Part shown: piece by piece, positions 22,545 through 37,164 of the stretch
Layout: the number at the start of each line of letters is the position of its first letter
Position numbering within the stretch: the stretch's first letter is position 1
The notes under the pieces: model-generated
The model's input: the letters and a program-made list of their open reading frames with translations, nothing else
Told to the model about the DNA's origin: nothing
The model's database searches: none
Program-made: the position numbers and the translations under genes
Assembly: GCA_963710945.1 (NCBI GenBank)
Contig: CAVQCH010000004.1
Coordinates: 11,774-75,773, forward strand
DNA: 64,000 bases
Reading direction: 5' to 3'
Source: an uncultured Acidobacteriota bacterium
Lineage (GTDB): Bacteria; Acidobacteriota; Thermoanaerobaculia; UBA5066; Gp7-AA6

Positions 22545-23916
22545 ATGAGGAAACGCTTGATTCGGTTGTCTCGAAAGGTCCTCGTGGGTTGGAGGCGCAG
22601 CCGTGCCGTCGTTCTCCTCGCGTTCATGACCGGCGCCTTCCTTTGCCGCTCGAACGGCGTCGCCGAGGGCACCCGGCAGGTGATGAGCCTCGACCTCTCG
22701 AGCGGCGCCTGCTCCTCCACAGCGACCACTCTTTGCCTGAACGACAACCGCTTCTCCGTGGCCGTGTCCTGGCGGGTGCCGGGTCAGGGCCGCAGCGGAT
22801 ACTGGCATGTCCGTGCCCCTGAGCGGCAACACGGGATTGTTCTGGTTCTTCGACGCCTCCAACATCGAGCTCGTGGTGAAGGTCCTGGATGGCACAGGGG
22901 TGAATGGAAGTTACTGGGTGTTCTACGCCGGACTCTCGAATCTCGAATACACGATCAGGGTCACCGATCTCGAGACCGGTCGCGTCAGGACGTACGACAA
23001 CCCGAGCGGTTCGTTCGCCTCGTTCGCCGACACGTCCGCATTCTCGGACACCCTCGGCGCCATCGCGGCACCGGCCGAAGGCAACAAAAAGGCCCTCGAG
23101 ACGCGATCGACTCAGGAGCTCTACGCGCTGTTCGAGTCCCTCACGGAGACGACGCGGGTCCACCCAAGAACGGCGGCCCCGTGCGAGGCAGGGGGCGGGG
23201 CGATGTGCCTGGCCGGGTCGCGCTTCCAGGTGACCGTCGATTGGGACGTTCCGAGCCAGGGCCGGTCCGGTCAGGGCATCGGTGTCCCGATCTCGACCGA
23301 CACGGGGTATTTCTGGTTCCTCGACGACACCAACGTCGAGCTGGCCGTCAAGGTCCTGGACGCCCGGGCGATTGACGGTCACTTCTGGGTCTTCGTCGCC
23401 GCGCTCTCGGACCTGGACTACACGTTGCGAGTGACCGACACTCAGACTGGCATGACGAAGGCCTGGGACAATCCGGAAGGACAGCTCGAGAGCTGGGCGG
23501 ATACCGGGGACTTCTCTGATTCCAGCACACCCATTACGGATCCTACGGACCTGAGCGGCAGGTGGACGGGCAGAATCGCCTTTTACGACGCCGCGGAGGG
23601 GGGCACCGGGACATCCTGTGAAACCGGCGCGTCCATCACGGTGGACCTCGTGGAGTCCGACGGAAATCTGACGGGACAGTTCGACGCCGGCTGCAGCGGC
23701 ACCCTCGTGCTCACCGGCGTGGTCCGTGATTCGAACATATTCGGCTCTCTCGACGGCCCCGGCGGCCAGGACTACGGCAGGGTTCAGGGAACGTTCTCTT
23801 CCCACCGCATCCGCTTTCACACGACCTTGCTCGGATGGGACGACGGCGACGACGCGCGCCCGGATGGCGATGCGGACGATTACTACACCTCGAGCAGGGT
23901 GGACCTGACCCGCTAG
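22545..23916 (+). CDS. Secreted protein with two recurrent 'GYFWFF-NVEVVVK' domains and a C-terminal beta-rich domain; frameshift near 22800
   Basis: AAAGGAGG SD; signal-like N-terminus; [16 protein letters not shown] and [16 protein letters not shown]; C-terminal DLSGRWTG... with an acidic DDGDD..DGDADD stretch. Confidence 0.8.
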
Positions 23917-23946
23917 CAGGTGGCAAGGTCCTGAGATCCGGTCCTG

Positions 23947-26168
<2,222 letters not shown>

Positions 26169-26222
26169 GGAGGCCGCAGCATACTGAAACTCGCGGGCCT
26201 CTCGCACCCCGCCCGGGCCCGA

Positions 26223-28817
26223 TTACTGCGCGAGGCCGGTCAACTGCCAGAGCTCGGAAAGCGTCGAACGGTTGACACTGTAGGCCCAAAAGCGTCCGTC
26301 CCGCGTCACCAGAACCGGGCCGACATAGTACGAGCCGGCCGCGTCCGGAGGAGCGAGAGTTTTCCAGAGCTCCTTCCGCCCTGTCGCCAGGTCGAATCGC
26401 TCGATGCGCACAGGGATGCCGTCGCGGGAAACCAACAGGGATCGTCCATCCTCGCTCCAGGCCAGAAGGTGGTCTCCCCGAACCAATCCCTCGACGGCCC
26501 GCGATGGGCCGCCATCGACCCGGTAGAGCCTCAGTCCGCCCGCCGTGTCGTTCAGGGCAATCTCCTTTCCGTCGGGAGACACGACCCAGTCGTCGGGCGT
26601 GCCAGTGTCCGAGATGGCGCGCGGGGCCTTGCTCGTCTCGTCGGTGATGTACAGACGTTTCTGCCCGTCCTTCCCGGTCGCCGTGAACAGGATCGATTTG
26701 CCGTCCGGCACGAATCCGAAGTCCTGGAGCACGAGCTCGCCGATCGAGATTTTCTTGCCCGGGCCCGGCCCCGTCGGAGTCAATCGTGAGCTCGTGCTCC
26801 GATTCGGAGGCGCTCAGAACCCACTTGCCGTCCGGCGAGAGGGAGGATTTCTCGTTGCGAACCTGAGGAAGGAGCCGAACAGCCGGAGAGCCGTCCGTGC
26901 GACGAAGATAAACCTCGGTTTCGTCGTGGAAAAGGACCGTCCCGCCATCCTCCGAGATGTCATCGAGCCAGGAACTGGTGAGCCACCCGAGGTTCTTCTC
27001 GGCGGGCTCCGTCGAGGATCCGAACATCAGGTCAACGGTGAACTTCGACTGGGACGATCAGCAGTCGCCCGTCCGCCAACGAGTCCTGGGGCAGGAAATC
27101 GCCCGTTCCCCGGTAAAGAGTCCTGACCTGGCCGCTCAGGTCGACGACGTCGATGTCGGAGGTGTGCCCCTTGACGGTGTCCAGGGACATTGGAGGACGA
27201 ACAGCACCTCCCGATCGCCGCGCCGCCAGAGACACCCGGCGAGCTGCTCGGGGGGTCTGCGCACGAACCAGCGTCGTCGCCTTTCCCGCCGCGTCCACGA
27301 TTCGGAGGTCGTGTTCGTCGGGCGCAAAAGCCTGCGTGGACGGCGGGGACTCGATGAAAGCGATCTGCTTGCCGCTGCCCGAGACGCGTATCGAATAGTC
27401 GAGGCGGCCCTTCGTCTTGTACAGAATCCGTCCGATCGGGTACTCGATCCTCGTCTCGCGGTTCTCACGTAGCGCCACGGCAAGCTGCGTCCCGTCGGGG
27501 CTCCAGTCCGCCGCGACGACGTTCTCGAGGAGTTCCCGACGGCCCCGCCCGCAAGAGGCATGACGGCGAGGGTGCCGCTTCCGCCAGAATTTCTCTTGAG
27601 CAGAACCGCCAACTCTCCCTTGGAAGAGACGGCGAGGACGTCGGCGTTCTTGACGCCGAAGGGCCGCGACTCCGTGCCGTCGAGGCGCGAGGTGAAGATC
27701 TCCCGGGGAGCCCCCTCCCAGGTGGCGCCGTAGATGATGGATGCGCCGTCGGGCGTGTAGCGGGTACGCAGTACCCTTCCCCGCCGGAACGTCAGCTGCC
27801 GGAAGGTCGGCGGTTGATATCGGACGCTCCGGCGAGCCACGATGACTGCAGCCAGTATGCCGGCGACCGCGATCGGCCACGGCAGCAAGCACGCGGCCCG
27901 ACAGGCGAAGCTTGCGCGCGGCCGGCGGCTCGATGCCGGGACTCGAAATGCCCGAGGCGCGGTCGCGCAGCGCCGCCAGATCGCGCGCCAGGTCCGTGGT
28001 CGAGGCGTATCGCTGCTCGGGATCCTTCGAGAGGCACCGCTCGACGATCCAGACGAGCTGGGCGGGCGTCCTGGGAGCCACTGTGGCCAGCGCCTCCGGC
28101 TCCGATTCGATGATCGCGGAGAGCGTCTGCGCGGGAGTCGAGCGCTCGAAGGCGCGTCCGCCGATGACCATCTCGTACAGGATCGAGCCGAAGGAGAACT
28201 GATCGGACCGGAAGTCCGCCGGTTCCCCGCTGGCCTGCTCGGGCGACATGTACCCGACGGTGCCGAGGATCGTCCCCGCCTCGGTCCCCCGCGATACCGT
28301 GGGATGTGTCCGTTCCGCGCGAGGCCTCGAAGCCCGTGCGCACGAGTTTGGCCAGGCCGAAGTCGAGAATCTTGACGAATCCGTCCCGGGTGACCATCAG
28401 GTTCTCGGGCTTCAAGTCCCGGTGCACGATCCCGGCGGCATGAGCCCTGGCCAATCCGTCGGCCATTTGCGCCGCCAGCACAAGCAGCTTCTTGATCGGA
28501 ATGGGGCCGGCCGCGACGAGCTCTCTCAGGGTCTTTCCCTCGACGAGCTCCATCGCGATGAACGAGGTCCCGTCCGCCTGGCCGATCTCGTAGATCGTGA
28601 CGATGTTGGGATGGTTCAGGGCCGAGGCCGTGCGTGCTTCCTTCTCGAAGCGCGCGAGACGCTCGGCGTCGCCCGCGAGCGCTGCCGGAAGCACCTTGAT
28701 CGCGACGTCCCTCGAGAGCTTCGTGTCTCGCGCCCGGTACACCTCGCCCATGCCGCCGGCGCCGAGCGGTCGGACGATCTCGTAGGAGGAGAGCCGCGTC
28801 CCGGCTGACAGAGTCAC
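26223..28817 (-). CDS. Hanks-type Ser/Thr kinase with TM and TolB/PD40-like propeller; several frameshifts
   Basis: GTG start overlapping the wHTH-FHA stop (GTGA at 28814-28817); [30 protein letters not shown]; TM; FRQLTFRRG; SPDG/TPDG repeats. Confidence 0.9.
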
Positions 28818-29482
28818 TTGGAGGAATGCTCCTTCACGGTCGAACGAGTCGAACCCGTGCGCTTGAGCACGCGCAGGGTCAGTGTCGCGGGGCCGATCCG
28901 AACGACATCGCGATCCCGCAGAGGCACGGAGGCTCGGATCCTCTGGTCGCCGACGTACGTTCCGTTCTTGCTGCCGAGATCCTCGATCGAGGCGCCCTCT
29001 TCGCCGATCGACATCCGCGCGTGCCGCCGCGAAACAGATTCGTCGTCGATCCAGACCACCGCCTCGCGATCCCGGCCGATGAGGTTGTCCCCCGGTTCGA
29101 GAGCGATCTCGCGCCGGCCCCAGACCAGGCGGTATACGACGGAAGACGAGTCGGGCTCGAACCCGCGGTCGCGTTGGGGCGAGACCGGCGCGTTGAACGC
29201 GTACCCGAACCGCGCGACGGTCCGAATCACGCGGGGCTGGCGCGCCGCGTCCCCGAGCACCGAGCGCAGCTCGACGACGAGGTTGCCGAGGTTCGCCTCG
29301 GACACGTGCGTCTCCGGCCAGAGGCGCGCGTGGATGTCGGACTTCGACACGGCTTTCGGGCGGCGCTCGATCAGCAGCTCGAGCAGGGCGAACGCCTTCG
29401 GCGAGATCGCCACGCGCTGGCCCGCCCGGAGGACCTCGCGCGTGTCCGAATCGAAGATGTGGTCGCCGAAACTCAGTCTCAT
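28814..29482 (-). CDS. Winged-helix + FHA domain regulator (copy 3), intact
   Basis: ISPKAFALL...[12 protein letters not shown]...[10 protein letters not shown]; [21 protein letters not shown]. Confidence 0.9.
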   Translation of the reverse strand: MRLSFGDHIFDSDTREVLRAGQRVAISPKAFALLELLIERRPKAVSKSDIHARLWPETHVSEANLGNLVVELRSVLGDAARQPRVIRTVARFGYAFNAPVSPQRDRGFEPDSSSVVYRLVWGRREIALEPGDNLIGRDREAVVWIDDESVSRRHARMSIGEEGASIEDLGSKNGTYVGDQRIRASVPLRDRDVVRIGPATLTLRVLKRTGSTRSTVKEHSSK

Positions 29483-29586
29483 GGGTCACCCGTAGCAACC
29501 GGTGCCCGACCGCCGAGAGAATCGTGTCGCTGAAGCGATCTTAGCGCAGCGGCATCCACCCGGTGGCTGTGCTGGCACGGTTTCGG

Positions 29587-29661
29587 TTTCCTGATGAATC
29601 GCTGACGTAAAGGTTTTGCTGATGGAACGCTGATCGAAAACCGGTTTGCCCGTCGACGGGC
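29587..29661. promoter_or_regulatory. Candidate operator: two pairs of CTGA half-sites 11 bp apart, followed by two adjacent palindromes
   Basis: CTGATGAATCG-CTGA (29591/29602) and CTGATGGAACG-CTGA (29619/29630); AAACCGGTTT (29638-29647) and GCCCGTCGACGGGC (29648-29661). Confidence 0.5.
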
Positions 29662-29703
29662 GCGAGGCGTACACGGAGACATGACGCTTCGAAGGGAGAA
29701 GTT

Positions 29704-32403
29704 GTGAAAGCCATCCGCTACCCGCTGCCCGTCTCGATCGCCCTCGTTCTCATTGCCGCTCTGGCCTCCGTCGCGCCCGCTCAGGAGAGTGTGTGGACTT
29801 CCCATGGCCCCGACGTCGGAGCCGTGAACGACCTCGCCATCGCCGACTCGGTCGCCTACGCGGCGACGCCGAACGGAGTTTTCCGCTCGACCGACGGCGG
29901 CGGGAACTGGCAGGCGACGAGCCTGACCGGCCAGCTGGTCTTCCAGATCGCGGCTCGCCCGGGGAGCGCCACCGTGGTGGCGCTGCTCAACGGCGTCTGG
30001 CCAGCGCCCAATCTCTACATTTCGCTGGACGCGGGACAGACCTGGACGAGTGTCCCGGACCAGAACTCCGTGGCGGTCGTCGCCATCGACCCCGCGCACC
30101 CGTCGAACGTCTACGCCGGCTCGAACGACGGCTCGATCTGGAGGTCGACGGACGCCGGTGCCAGCTGGCAGCACATCTCGACGCTCCCCGGCAACACCCC
30201 GGTCTCGGCTCTCACGCTCGACTCCCGTGCGATGTGCGTACTCGCCGGCGGCGACTTCTACAGGAGCGTGGACGGAGGAATCAGCTGGACATCCCTGCAG
30301 ACGCCCCTGGGGCTTCCCGGTTCGATCGCGGCAGGCTCGAGCGCCGGCGTCGTTTACGCCTCCGTTTCCGGAGCGGTTTGCCGGAGTGCCGATTCGGCGA
30401 CGACCTGGACCTGCTCGAACAATTTCGCGCCTTCCCCCATTGCCAGGATCCTCGAAGTGCCGGGCGGCCCCGCGGGTCCCGGTGTGCTGGCTTCCTCGGC
30501 CGGCGGTCTGTACCTCAGCCGCGACGGCGGGGCGACCTGGACGCGCGTGACGGGCGATCTCGGCTCCGCCTATTCTCCCGCGCTCGCCTCGGACACCATG
30601 GGATCGCTGGTGCTCGCCGGAACGGATACGCAGATCTTCCGAAGCCGGGACCGCGGCGACAGCTGGACGGCCTCCAGCTCAGGATTGAAGGCGGTCAAGA
30701 TCGACGCGCTCGCCCTCGACCCGAACGACCCCGTTACGGTCTGGGCCGGTGGTGTCGGCAACTACGGGTCGGGCCCCGGCCTCTTCCAGTCTCCCAACGC
30801 CGGCCTGTCGTGGTCCCCGGCGGGCGGCCCTCAGGGACCTGAAGGCATCAATGCCCTCGCGATCGATCGCGAGCATCCGCAAACGATCTACGCCGGCTCG
30901 AACGCGGTCTTCCGAACCGACGACGGCGGCCAGACCTGGACGCATTCCACTTCCGACCCGAACTCGGGGCTGAGCGTCCTGGCGCTCGATCCTGCCTTTC
31001 CTCAGCGCGTCTGGGCGGCCAGCGGGTCGGGACTGCGTCGGAGCGACGACGGCGCCCGGACCTGGGCTTCCGCGACGATCGCCCAGTCGATCTACAGCCT
31101 TCTCTTCGACGGCCGTCACCCGGAAACGATCTATGCCGGCTCCCATTCGGGACACCGACTACAGCTACCCCACCTACCCCGAGGTGTACGGCGGCTCGAT
31201 CTGGGTCAGCCACGACCACGGAGCAACCTTCACGAAGGGCGCTTACCAGTTTTCCGACCCTGTCATCTCCATCGCGCGGGACCCGTTTCTGGACCGGGTC
31301 CTGTACGCCGGTACCGCCTTCACAGGTGTCTTCCGCAGCGAAGACGCCGGTGCGACATGGGAGGTGGCGAGCGAAGGTCTGTTCAACCGCGGCGCAGCAG
31401 CGGGTCTGATCAACGCCGGCCCGGTCTCTTCGCTCGTCGCCGATCCGGCTCGTCCTGGATATGTGTACGCCGCCACGGCTTACGGCGTGTTTCGATCGAC
31501 CGACGGAGCGCGAACCTGGCAATCCTTTTCGAATGGGCTGTCGCCGCTGGCGACCGACACGCTCGTCATCTCTCCCGACGGCGCGAAGCTGCATGCCGGC
31601 ACAAACGGCGGCGGCGTCTTCGAACGGGATCTTGCCGCCGACCTGAAGCTCCCTTGCGTCCCGAGCTCGACGCGGCTTTGTCTGATCGGCGCGCGCTACG
31701 CCGTCGATCTCTACGCGTTCCCGGGGGCCGGCGGAGGCCCGGGAGCCGCGCGGGCCCTGGGCGATCGGTCCGGGTCCTTCGCCTTGCCTCGCGTCACCGG
31801 AAGCTCCGAGCTGCCGGAGGTCGTCGTGAAGATGCTCCCCGAGGGAAGCCTCGGAGGACCCAGGGAAGGCGCGCCCGTCTTCTACGCGAGCCTGACGACG
31901 GTTCCTTACTCGCTCATCGTCACCGACACGACCCGTGGGACGAGCAAGATCTACTCGAGCCGTTCCGACGCGCCCCTGTGCGGGGCGGCGGATCTCGCGT
32001 TCGGAGGGTCGGCGGCGGCGGGAAGGCGTGCGGCCGCGGGCTCGTCCGAGAGCGAGGCGAGGCGTCGCTTCTCGGCGGGAGTTTCTCCGTCTCTCTCGAG
32101 GCGCGTTGGCCCCTCTCCGGAGCCGTCACGAGTACGTTCGCCATCGCCTCCGGCGATTCCTACGCGTTCTTCAGCCTGCCCGAAGTGAGCGGAGATCCCG
32201 CAGTTTCCGGAGGTCGTCGTTAAGATGATCGACGCGCGCGCGGTCAACGGCGAGTTCTGGTTCTTTTACACGGGCCTGACGAGCCTCGACTACACGCTCA
32301 CGGTGACGGATTCCGTAGCGGGCGAGTCCAGACCTACGAAAGCGCGACACCCTTCTGCGGTGGCGCCGACACACGGGCTTTCGCAAACTCGGTCGGGAGT
32401 TGA
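29704..32403 (+). CDS. Secreted BNR/Asp-box (Vps10/GH74-like) beta-propeller with two divergent C-terminal recurrent domains; several frameshifts
   Basis: Signal peptide (APA-QE); about 13 SxDxGxTW-type Asp-boxes; C-terminal CLIGARY...PEVVVKML and PEVVVKMIDARAVNGEFWFFYTGLTSLDYTLTVTD; stop TGA at 32401-32403. Confidence 0.82.
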
Positions 32404-32473
32404 CAACGATCAGGCCGCTCGCTCGCGGCACGTGCGCCGCGGGTATTTCGTCCGTTCAGAGAGAATCGAAGCG

Positions 32474-33172
32474 TCATCGGGCGTCGAGAGCGCGGCGACA
32501 GCCGACTCGAACATCTTGATCCCCTGCGGCGTTGCCGAGCAGCGACTCGGAGCAGCGGTCCGGGTGCGGCATGAGGCCGACGACGTTGCCCTCGCGGTTG
32601 CAGATGCCGGCGATGCCGCGCGCGGCGCCGTTGGGATTGGCGGCGTCGGTGACCCGGCCGTCCTTCTCGCAGTACCGGAAGACGACGCGGCCCTCCCGCT
32701 CGAGCTCGTCGAGGACTTCCAGCGGCGCCGTGTAGTTGCCTTCCATGTGCCCGATCGGCATCGTGACGACGCTCCCCTTCGCGTAGAGCGACGTGAAGGG
32801 CGTCGAGTCGTTCTCGACCTTCATGTGGACGTCGCGGCAGACATAGCGCAGGCCCCGGTTGATCTGCATCGCCCCGGGAAGCAATCCCGCCTCGAGGAGG
32901 ACCTGGAATCCGTTGCAGATCCCGAGGACCGCGCCGCCCTTTTTTGCGAACTCCGCCACGCTCTCCATGACGGGCGAGAAGCGCGCGAGCGCTCCCGCCC
33001 GCAGGTAGTCGCCGTAGGCGAAGCCGCCCGGCAGGATCACCGCGTCGGCGCCCTTCAGGTCCCGGTCGTGGTGCCAGATGTACTCGGCCTCGCAGCCGAG
33101 CAGGTCCTTCGCGACATGGTGGCAGTCCTCGTCGCAGTTCGAGCCCGGGAAGACGACGATCCCGAACCTCAT
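32474..33172 (-). CDS. purQ: Phosphoribosylformylglycinamidine synthase subunit PurQ; probable frameshift near 32520, so the true end may be near 32410
   Basis: [40 protein letters not shown]. Confidence 0.96.
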   Translation of the reverse strand: MRFGIVVFPGSNCDEDCHHVAKDLLGCEAEYIWHHDRDLKGADAVILPGGFAYGDYLRAGALARFSPVMESVAEFAKKGGAVLGICNGFQVLLEAGLLPGAMQINRGLRYVCRDVHMKVENDSTPFTSLYAKGSVVTMPIGHMEGNYTAPLEVLDELEREGRVVFRYCEKDGRVTDAANPNGAARGIAGICNREGNVVGLMPHPDRCSESLLGNAAGDQDVRVGCRRALDAR

Positions 33173-33411
33173 GGCACGACCCTCACGTCGAACCCCTCGA
33201 TCACGGTGTTCGCCAGCAGCTCCTCGGCCATCTTCCGCGCGTCGGCCTCGACGGTCTTCGCGTCCGCGCCCGCGACGTCGATGAAGAACACCCTTCCGGC
33301 GCGCACGTCGCGCACGCCGCCGTGCCCGAGGCGTCCGAGCGCCGCGGCGATCGCCTTGCCCTGCGGGTCGAGCACGCCCTCTTCGGGATAGACCCGGACT
33401 TCCACCTTCAT
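33169..33411 (-). CDS. purS: Phosphoribosylformylglycinamidine synthase subunit PurS
   Basis: [17 protein letters not shown]; 80 aa; ATGA overlaps on both sides. Confidence 0.95.
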   Translation of the reverse strand: MKVEVRVYPEEGVLDPQGKAIAAALGRLGHGGVRDVRAGRVFFIDVAGADAKTVEADARKMAEELLANTVIEGFDVRVVP

Positions 33412-34178
33412 GCGTCGAATGCCTCCAGCCCTTTGATCTGATCCGCGATCTCGAAGGGAACGTTCCAACCGGAGCGCTCGACGAGGCGCGCGAGCATCGC
33501 GCGCACGATCTCCGGCGTGTTGTTGGTGCGGGACAGGTGCGTCGCGACGATGCGCCGGAGCTTCGGCCCGACCGCGCGGAACATGGCACCGGCCGACTGG
33601 GCGTTCGAGAGGTGGCCGAGGCCTCCCGAGATCCGCTTCTTGAGCGGCCACGTGTACGGACCGTCGCGCAGCATGTCCTCGTCGTGGTTCATCTCGACCA
33701 TGAGCGTCGTGGCGTCGCGCAGGAAATCCACGAAGGCGTTCTCGGCCCGACCGAGGTCCGAGGCGATGACGAGCCGCGCGCCGTCCGATTCGAAGGAGTA
33801 GGCGACGGACTCGGCCGCGTCGTGCGGCGTCGCGAAGGCGCGAAAGCCGAGGTCCCCCACCCGGCCGTCGCGCGCCGGGACCACGCGGACGAAGGGGGTG
33901 AAGAGGTCGCCCTCGAGGCCGATCGCGGAGGCCGTCCCGACCGTGGCGTACACCGGGCAGTCCCAGCGCCGGGCGAAGACCGCCGCGCCGCTCGAGTGGT
34001 CGTTGTGCTCGTGGGTGAGGAAGAGGGCGGCGATCGTCTCGGCCGGGATGCCCCGGGACGCCATGCGCCTCTCGATTTCCTTCGCGGAGAGGCCGGCGTC
34101 CACCAGCACCCGGGTCCCGCCGGACTCGACGACACACGCGTTGCCGCCGGAGCCGGATGCGAGAACCGTGACACGCAC
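33408..34178 (-). CDS. MBL-fold metallo-hydrolase (YycJ/WalJ-like)
   Basis: [39 protein letters not shown]. Confidence 0.9.
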   Translation of the reverse strand: MRVTVLASGSGGNACVVESGGTRVLVDAGLSAKEIERRMASRGIPAETIAALFLTHEHNDHSSGAAVFARRWDCPVYATVGTASAIGLEGDLFTPFVRVVPARDGRVGDLGFRAFATPHDAAESVAYSFESDGARLVIASDLGRAENAFVDFLRDATTLMVEMNHDEDMLRDGPYTWPLKKRISGGLGHLSNAQSAGAMFRAVGPKLRRIVATHLSRTNNTPEIVRAMLARLVERSGWNVPFEIADQIKGLEAFDA

Positions 34179-34201
34179 CGACTTAGCTTAACAAATCCGC
34201 G

Positions 34202-34654
34202 TCACTCTCGTCCCGTGGAACCGAAACCGCCGGTGTGCCGCAATGTCGCGGGCAGCTCGTCCACCGTCTCCAAACGGGCCCGCGCGACGGGGGCGATGAC
34301 GAGCTGGGCGATCCGCTCGCCGCGCTCGATCGTGACGCTCTCGGCGCCGAGGTTGGCGAGAATCACGCGGATCTCGCCGCGGTAGTCGCTGTCGATCGTG
34401 CCGGGGCCGTTCAGCAGCGAGAGCCCGTGGCGGATGGCCAGGCCGCTGCGCATCCGCACCTGGCCCTCGTAGCCCTCCGGAATCGCCACGGCGATGCCCG
34501 TCGGTACGAGCGCCCGGCCGCCGGGGGCGAGCGTGATCGGCTCCCCGACGGCCGCGCGCAGGTCGCAGCCGGCCGCGCCCGCCGTCGCGTAGGACGGCAG
34601 CTCGAGCCCCTCGCCGTGGGGCAGGACGGTGACGGGCAGGAGGATTTCGGGCAT
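34202..34654 (-). CDS. dut: dUTP diphosphatase
   Basis: [36 protein letters not shown]. Confidence 0.96.
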   Translation of the reverse strand: MPEILLPVTVLPHGEGLELPSYATAGAAGCDLRAAVGEPITLAPGGRALVPTGIAVAIPEGYEGQVRMRSGLAIRHGLSLLNGPGTIDSDYRGEIRVILANLGAESVTIERGERIAQLVIAPVARARLETVDELPATLRHTGGFGSTGRE

Positions 34655-34732
34655 CAGGGGGCTATGCAATCACAAGTGAACGGCTGGCCGGCCCGCAAGT
34701 GCATAAAGAGCCCGGGCCCGGCTCCTGAGGGA

Positions 34733-34756
34733 ATCCCTCGCTACGCTCGGGATGAC
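34733..34756. repeat. REP-like 23-bp element, copy 1 (supplies the methyltransferase stop codon)
   Basis: ATCCCTCGCTACGCTCGGGATGA, identical to 53285-53307; ATCCC...GGGAT stem. Confidence 0.75.
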
Positions 34757-35868
34757 ATGTTCGGGAGGTACGGGCGCAAAGTTTCGGCGACCAGGATCTT
34801 CGTCACGCCGCGCTCGCTTTCGGCCTCGATCCGAACGACCGAGTCCGGAGAGACCGCGTCCACGGGAAACGTGAAGCTCCAGTCGCGTCGCAAACCGACC
34901 TCTCCCCGACCCGGCGAAACTTCCGCGACGCGGCCGCCGAGGACGAGCCGCACGTCCGGCGGTCGCTCGTCGCGGTCGCCGACCGCCCATCCCCGCGCCG
35001 TGGCAAAGCCTTCTCCGACCGTCCCGTGCTCGAGGGCGCCCCAGGGAACCCGTGGCAGCCGCAGATTGGGCGCGGCCGGAAACGGCGCCCGGGCGAGCGC
35101 ATAGAGGTCCTGGTGGCCGCACAGGCCGAACGGAAACGCGAGCAGCCGCGCGCCGGCGCCCGCGACGCGGTCGGCCGCGCCGTGAACGAACGCCTCGCTG
35201 ACGTGCGACGTCCCGTAGTCGGCCCCGTCGAGTCGCGTCGTTTCGCTGACGGGCCGGAAGACGATCCCCTGGGACCGGTCCGCTTCCCGATCGGTCAGGA
35301 GCTTCATCCCGTGAACGCTGAAGACGAGGACACCGCCCGGCGCCACGAGGCCGAAGAGCCGGTCGAGCCACGCCATGAAGCGCGGCTCCGGCAGGTGGCT
35401 GAAAAACGAGGAGGCGAAGACCGCGTCGAACGGCCCTTCGACCGCCAGCGACTGCGGCTCGGTCCCGGACACGACGCCGCGGACGCCGAAGACCTCCCGC
35501 TGGAAAGCCACCGCCCCGGGGTCGATCTCGGCAACGGTCAAGCGCTGGGCCGGCAGGACCCGCACGAGGTGGCGGGTCGTGCGGCCGTAGCCGCTCGCGA
35601 AGTCGAGGACCGATCGCGCCGCGGAGAGGTCTCCGAACCGCCACGCGCCGACGCCCGAGAAAGCGTCGCAGATCTGGCGGCCCGCCGCGAGGTAGAGCAT
35701 CGCGGCCGCCTCGCGCGACCGGTGCGGCGTCTCGAGCTCGAACCGGTACATCTCGTCCGCCGGATGGATGCGCAGATCGAGCGCGGGACCCGGCCCCGCG
35801 AGGCCGCGCGCGAAAGCGGCGACCTCTTCCGAGATGCCGGGATCGAATGGCGCGTCCGCGGAAGTCAC
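34741..35868 (-). CDS. Class I SAM-dependent methyltransferase with C-terminal beta domain
   Basis: VLDFASGYGR, FDAVFASSFFSHL, APGGVLVFS. Confidence 0.85.
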   Translation of the reverse strand: MTSADAPFDPGISEEVAAFARGLAGPGPALDLRIHPADEMYRFELETPHRSREAAAMLYLAAGRQICDAFSGVGAWRFGDLSAARSVLDFASGYGRTTRHLVRVLPAQRLTVAEIDPGAVAFQREVFGVRGVVSGTEPQSLAVEGPFDAVFASSFFSHLPEPRFMAWLDRLFGLVAPGGVLVFSVHGMKLLTDREADRSQGIVFRPVSETTRLDGADYGTSHVSEAFVHGAADRVAGAGARLLAFPFGLCGHQDLYALARAPFPAAPNLRLPRVPWGALEHGTVGEGFATARGWAVGDRDERPPDVRLVLGGRVAEVSPGRGEVGLRRDWSFTFPVDAVSPDSVVRIEAESERGVTKILVAETLRPYLPNMSSRA

Positions 35869-35872
35869 GGGA

Positions 35873-37153
35873 CTACAGCGCCGCGGCGAGGTCCGTCGCG
35901 GTCAGGGCGAACCGGCCGACGTTGCCCACGACCGCCACCGAGAGCGCCCGGCCGTCGAGCACGCGGCCCGCCTCGGCGTCGATCTCGTCCGCCGTGACGG
36001 CGTTCACCTTCGCGATCAGCTCGTCCGGCGTCTCGATCCTTCCGAAGATCAGCTCCTGCCGCGCCGCCGCGGACATGCGCGAGACGGTGGACTCGAGGGA
36101 GAGCACCATGTTTCCCGTCAGGTTCTCCTTGGCGCGGGCGAGCTCGCGCGGCCGCACACCGCCGCGCTTGAGCTTCGCGAGCTCGGCGAGCGTGACGTCC
36201 ACGACGCGCGGCAGGTTCTTCGGCGCGCAGGCCGCCGAGATCGTCTCGTAGCCCCCCGCGCGGTAGGAGCTCAGCGCCGAGCCGATCGTGTAGACGAGCC
36301 CTCTCTTCTCTCGGACCTGCTGGAAGAGCCGCGAGGACATGCCGCCGCCGAGGATCACGTCGAAGAGGGCGCCGGCGAAGCGCCGGTGGCTCGACTGCGA
36401 GCTCGCCTCCATCCCGATGCAGAGGTGCGCCTGCTCGAGGCCCGGGCGCGGGCGCAGCTCGACGTGGCGGTGCGCGCGCGGCCGCCGCGAAGCTCCCGCC
36501 GCTCCCGGCGACCGTCGCGCCTTCCGGCGCGGGCGGCGGAAGAGCCGCTCGACCGCCGCGAGGACCGCGGCCGGGCGCACGTGGCCCGCGACCGCCACGA
36601 CGAGGTTCGACGGCACGTACCGCGAGCCGTAGTACCGGTACAGGTCGTCCTTCGTGATCGCGCGCACGGTCCCGGCCGTGCCGAGGATGGGCGCGCCGAG
36701 CGGGTGGCTCCTCCAGAAGGACCGGACGAACGTCTCGTGCGCGAGGTCTTCGGGGTTGTCGTTCGCCTCGCCGATCTCCTCGAGGATCACGCCCCGCTCG
36801 ATCTCCACGTCGGCCGCGCCGAAGGCGGGAGCGAGGACGACGTCGCCGAGCAGGTCGAGCGCCTCGTCGAACCGCGCGTCGAGCGTGCGGCAGTAGTAGC
36901 CCGTGTATTCCTTCGTCGTGAAGGCGTCCACGTCGCCGCCGAGCCGGTCGATCTCGACGGCGATCTCGGCGTTCGTGCGCCGCCGGGTCCTCTTGAAGAG
37001 GAGGTGCTCGAGGAAGTGCGAGAGCCCCTGCCGCCGGGCCGGTTCGCCGGCCGAGCCGGCCCGCACGAAGAAGCCGAGGGAAAACGAGCGCACGTCCGCC
37101 ATCGGGTCCACGAGGACCGTGACGCCGCTGTCGAGGATGGTTCGGACGACCAA
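35873..37153 (-). CDS. M16 (pitrilysin) family zinc peptidase
   Basis: GLSHFLEHLLFK (HxxEH), DAFTTKE, ERGVILEEI, GGGMSSRLFQQVREKRGLVY; TTG start at 37153 preceded by TAGATT. Confidence 0.93.
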   Translation of the reverse strand: MVVRTILDSGVTVLVDPMADVRSFSLGFFVRAGSAGEPARRQGLSHFLEHLLFKRTRRRTNAEIAVEIDRLGGDVDAFTTKEYTGYYCRTLDARFDEALDLLGDVVLAPAFGAADVEIERGVILEEIGEANDNPEDLAHETFVRSFWRSHPLGAPILGTAGTVRAITKDDLYRYYGSRYVPSNLVVAVAGHVRPAAVLAAVERLFRRPRRKARRSPGAAGASRRPRAHRHVELRPRPGLEQAHLCIGMEASSQSSHRRFAGALFDVILGGGMSSRLFQQVREKRGLVYTIGSALSSYRAGGYETISAACAPKNLPRVVDVTLAELAKLKRGGVRPRELARAKENLTGNMVLSLESTVSRMSAAARQELIFGRIETPDELIAKVNAVTADEIDAEAGRVLDGRALSVAVVGNVGRFALTATDLAAAL

Positions 37154-37164
37154 GACCGGCAAAT

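Noticed and set aside
29573-29590. Sigma54 promoter (TGGCACG)
   Set aside because: The -24 element matches but the -12 TTGC is absent (CGGT at that position).
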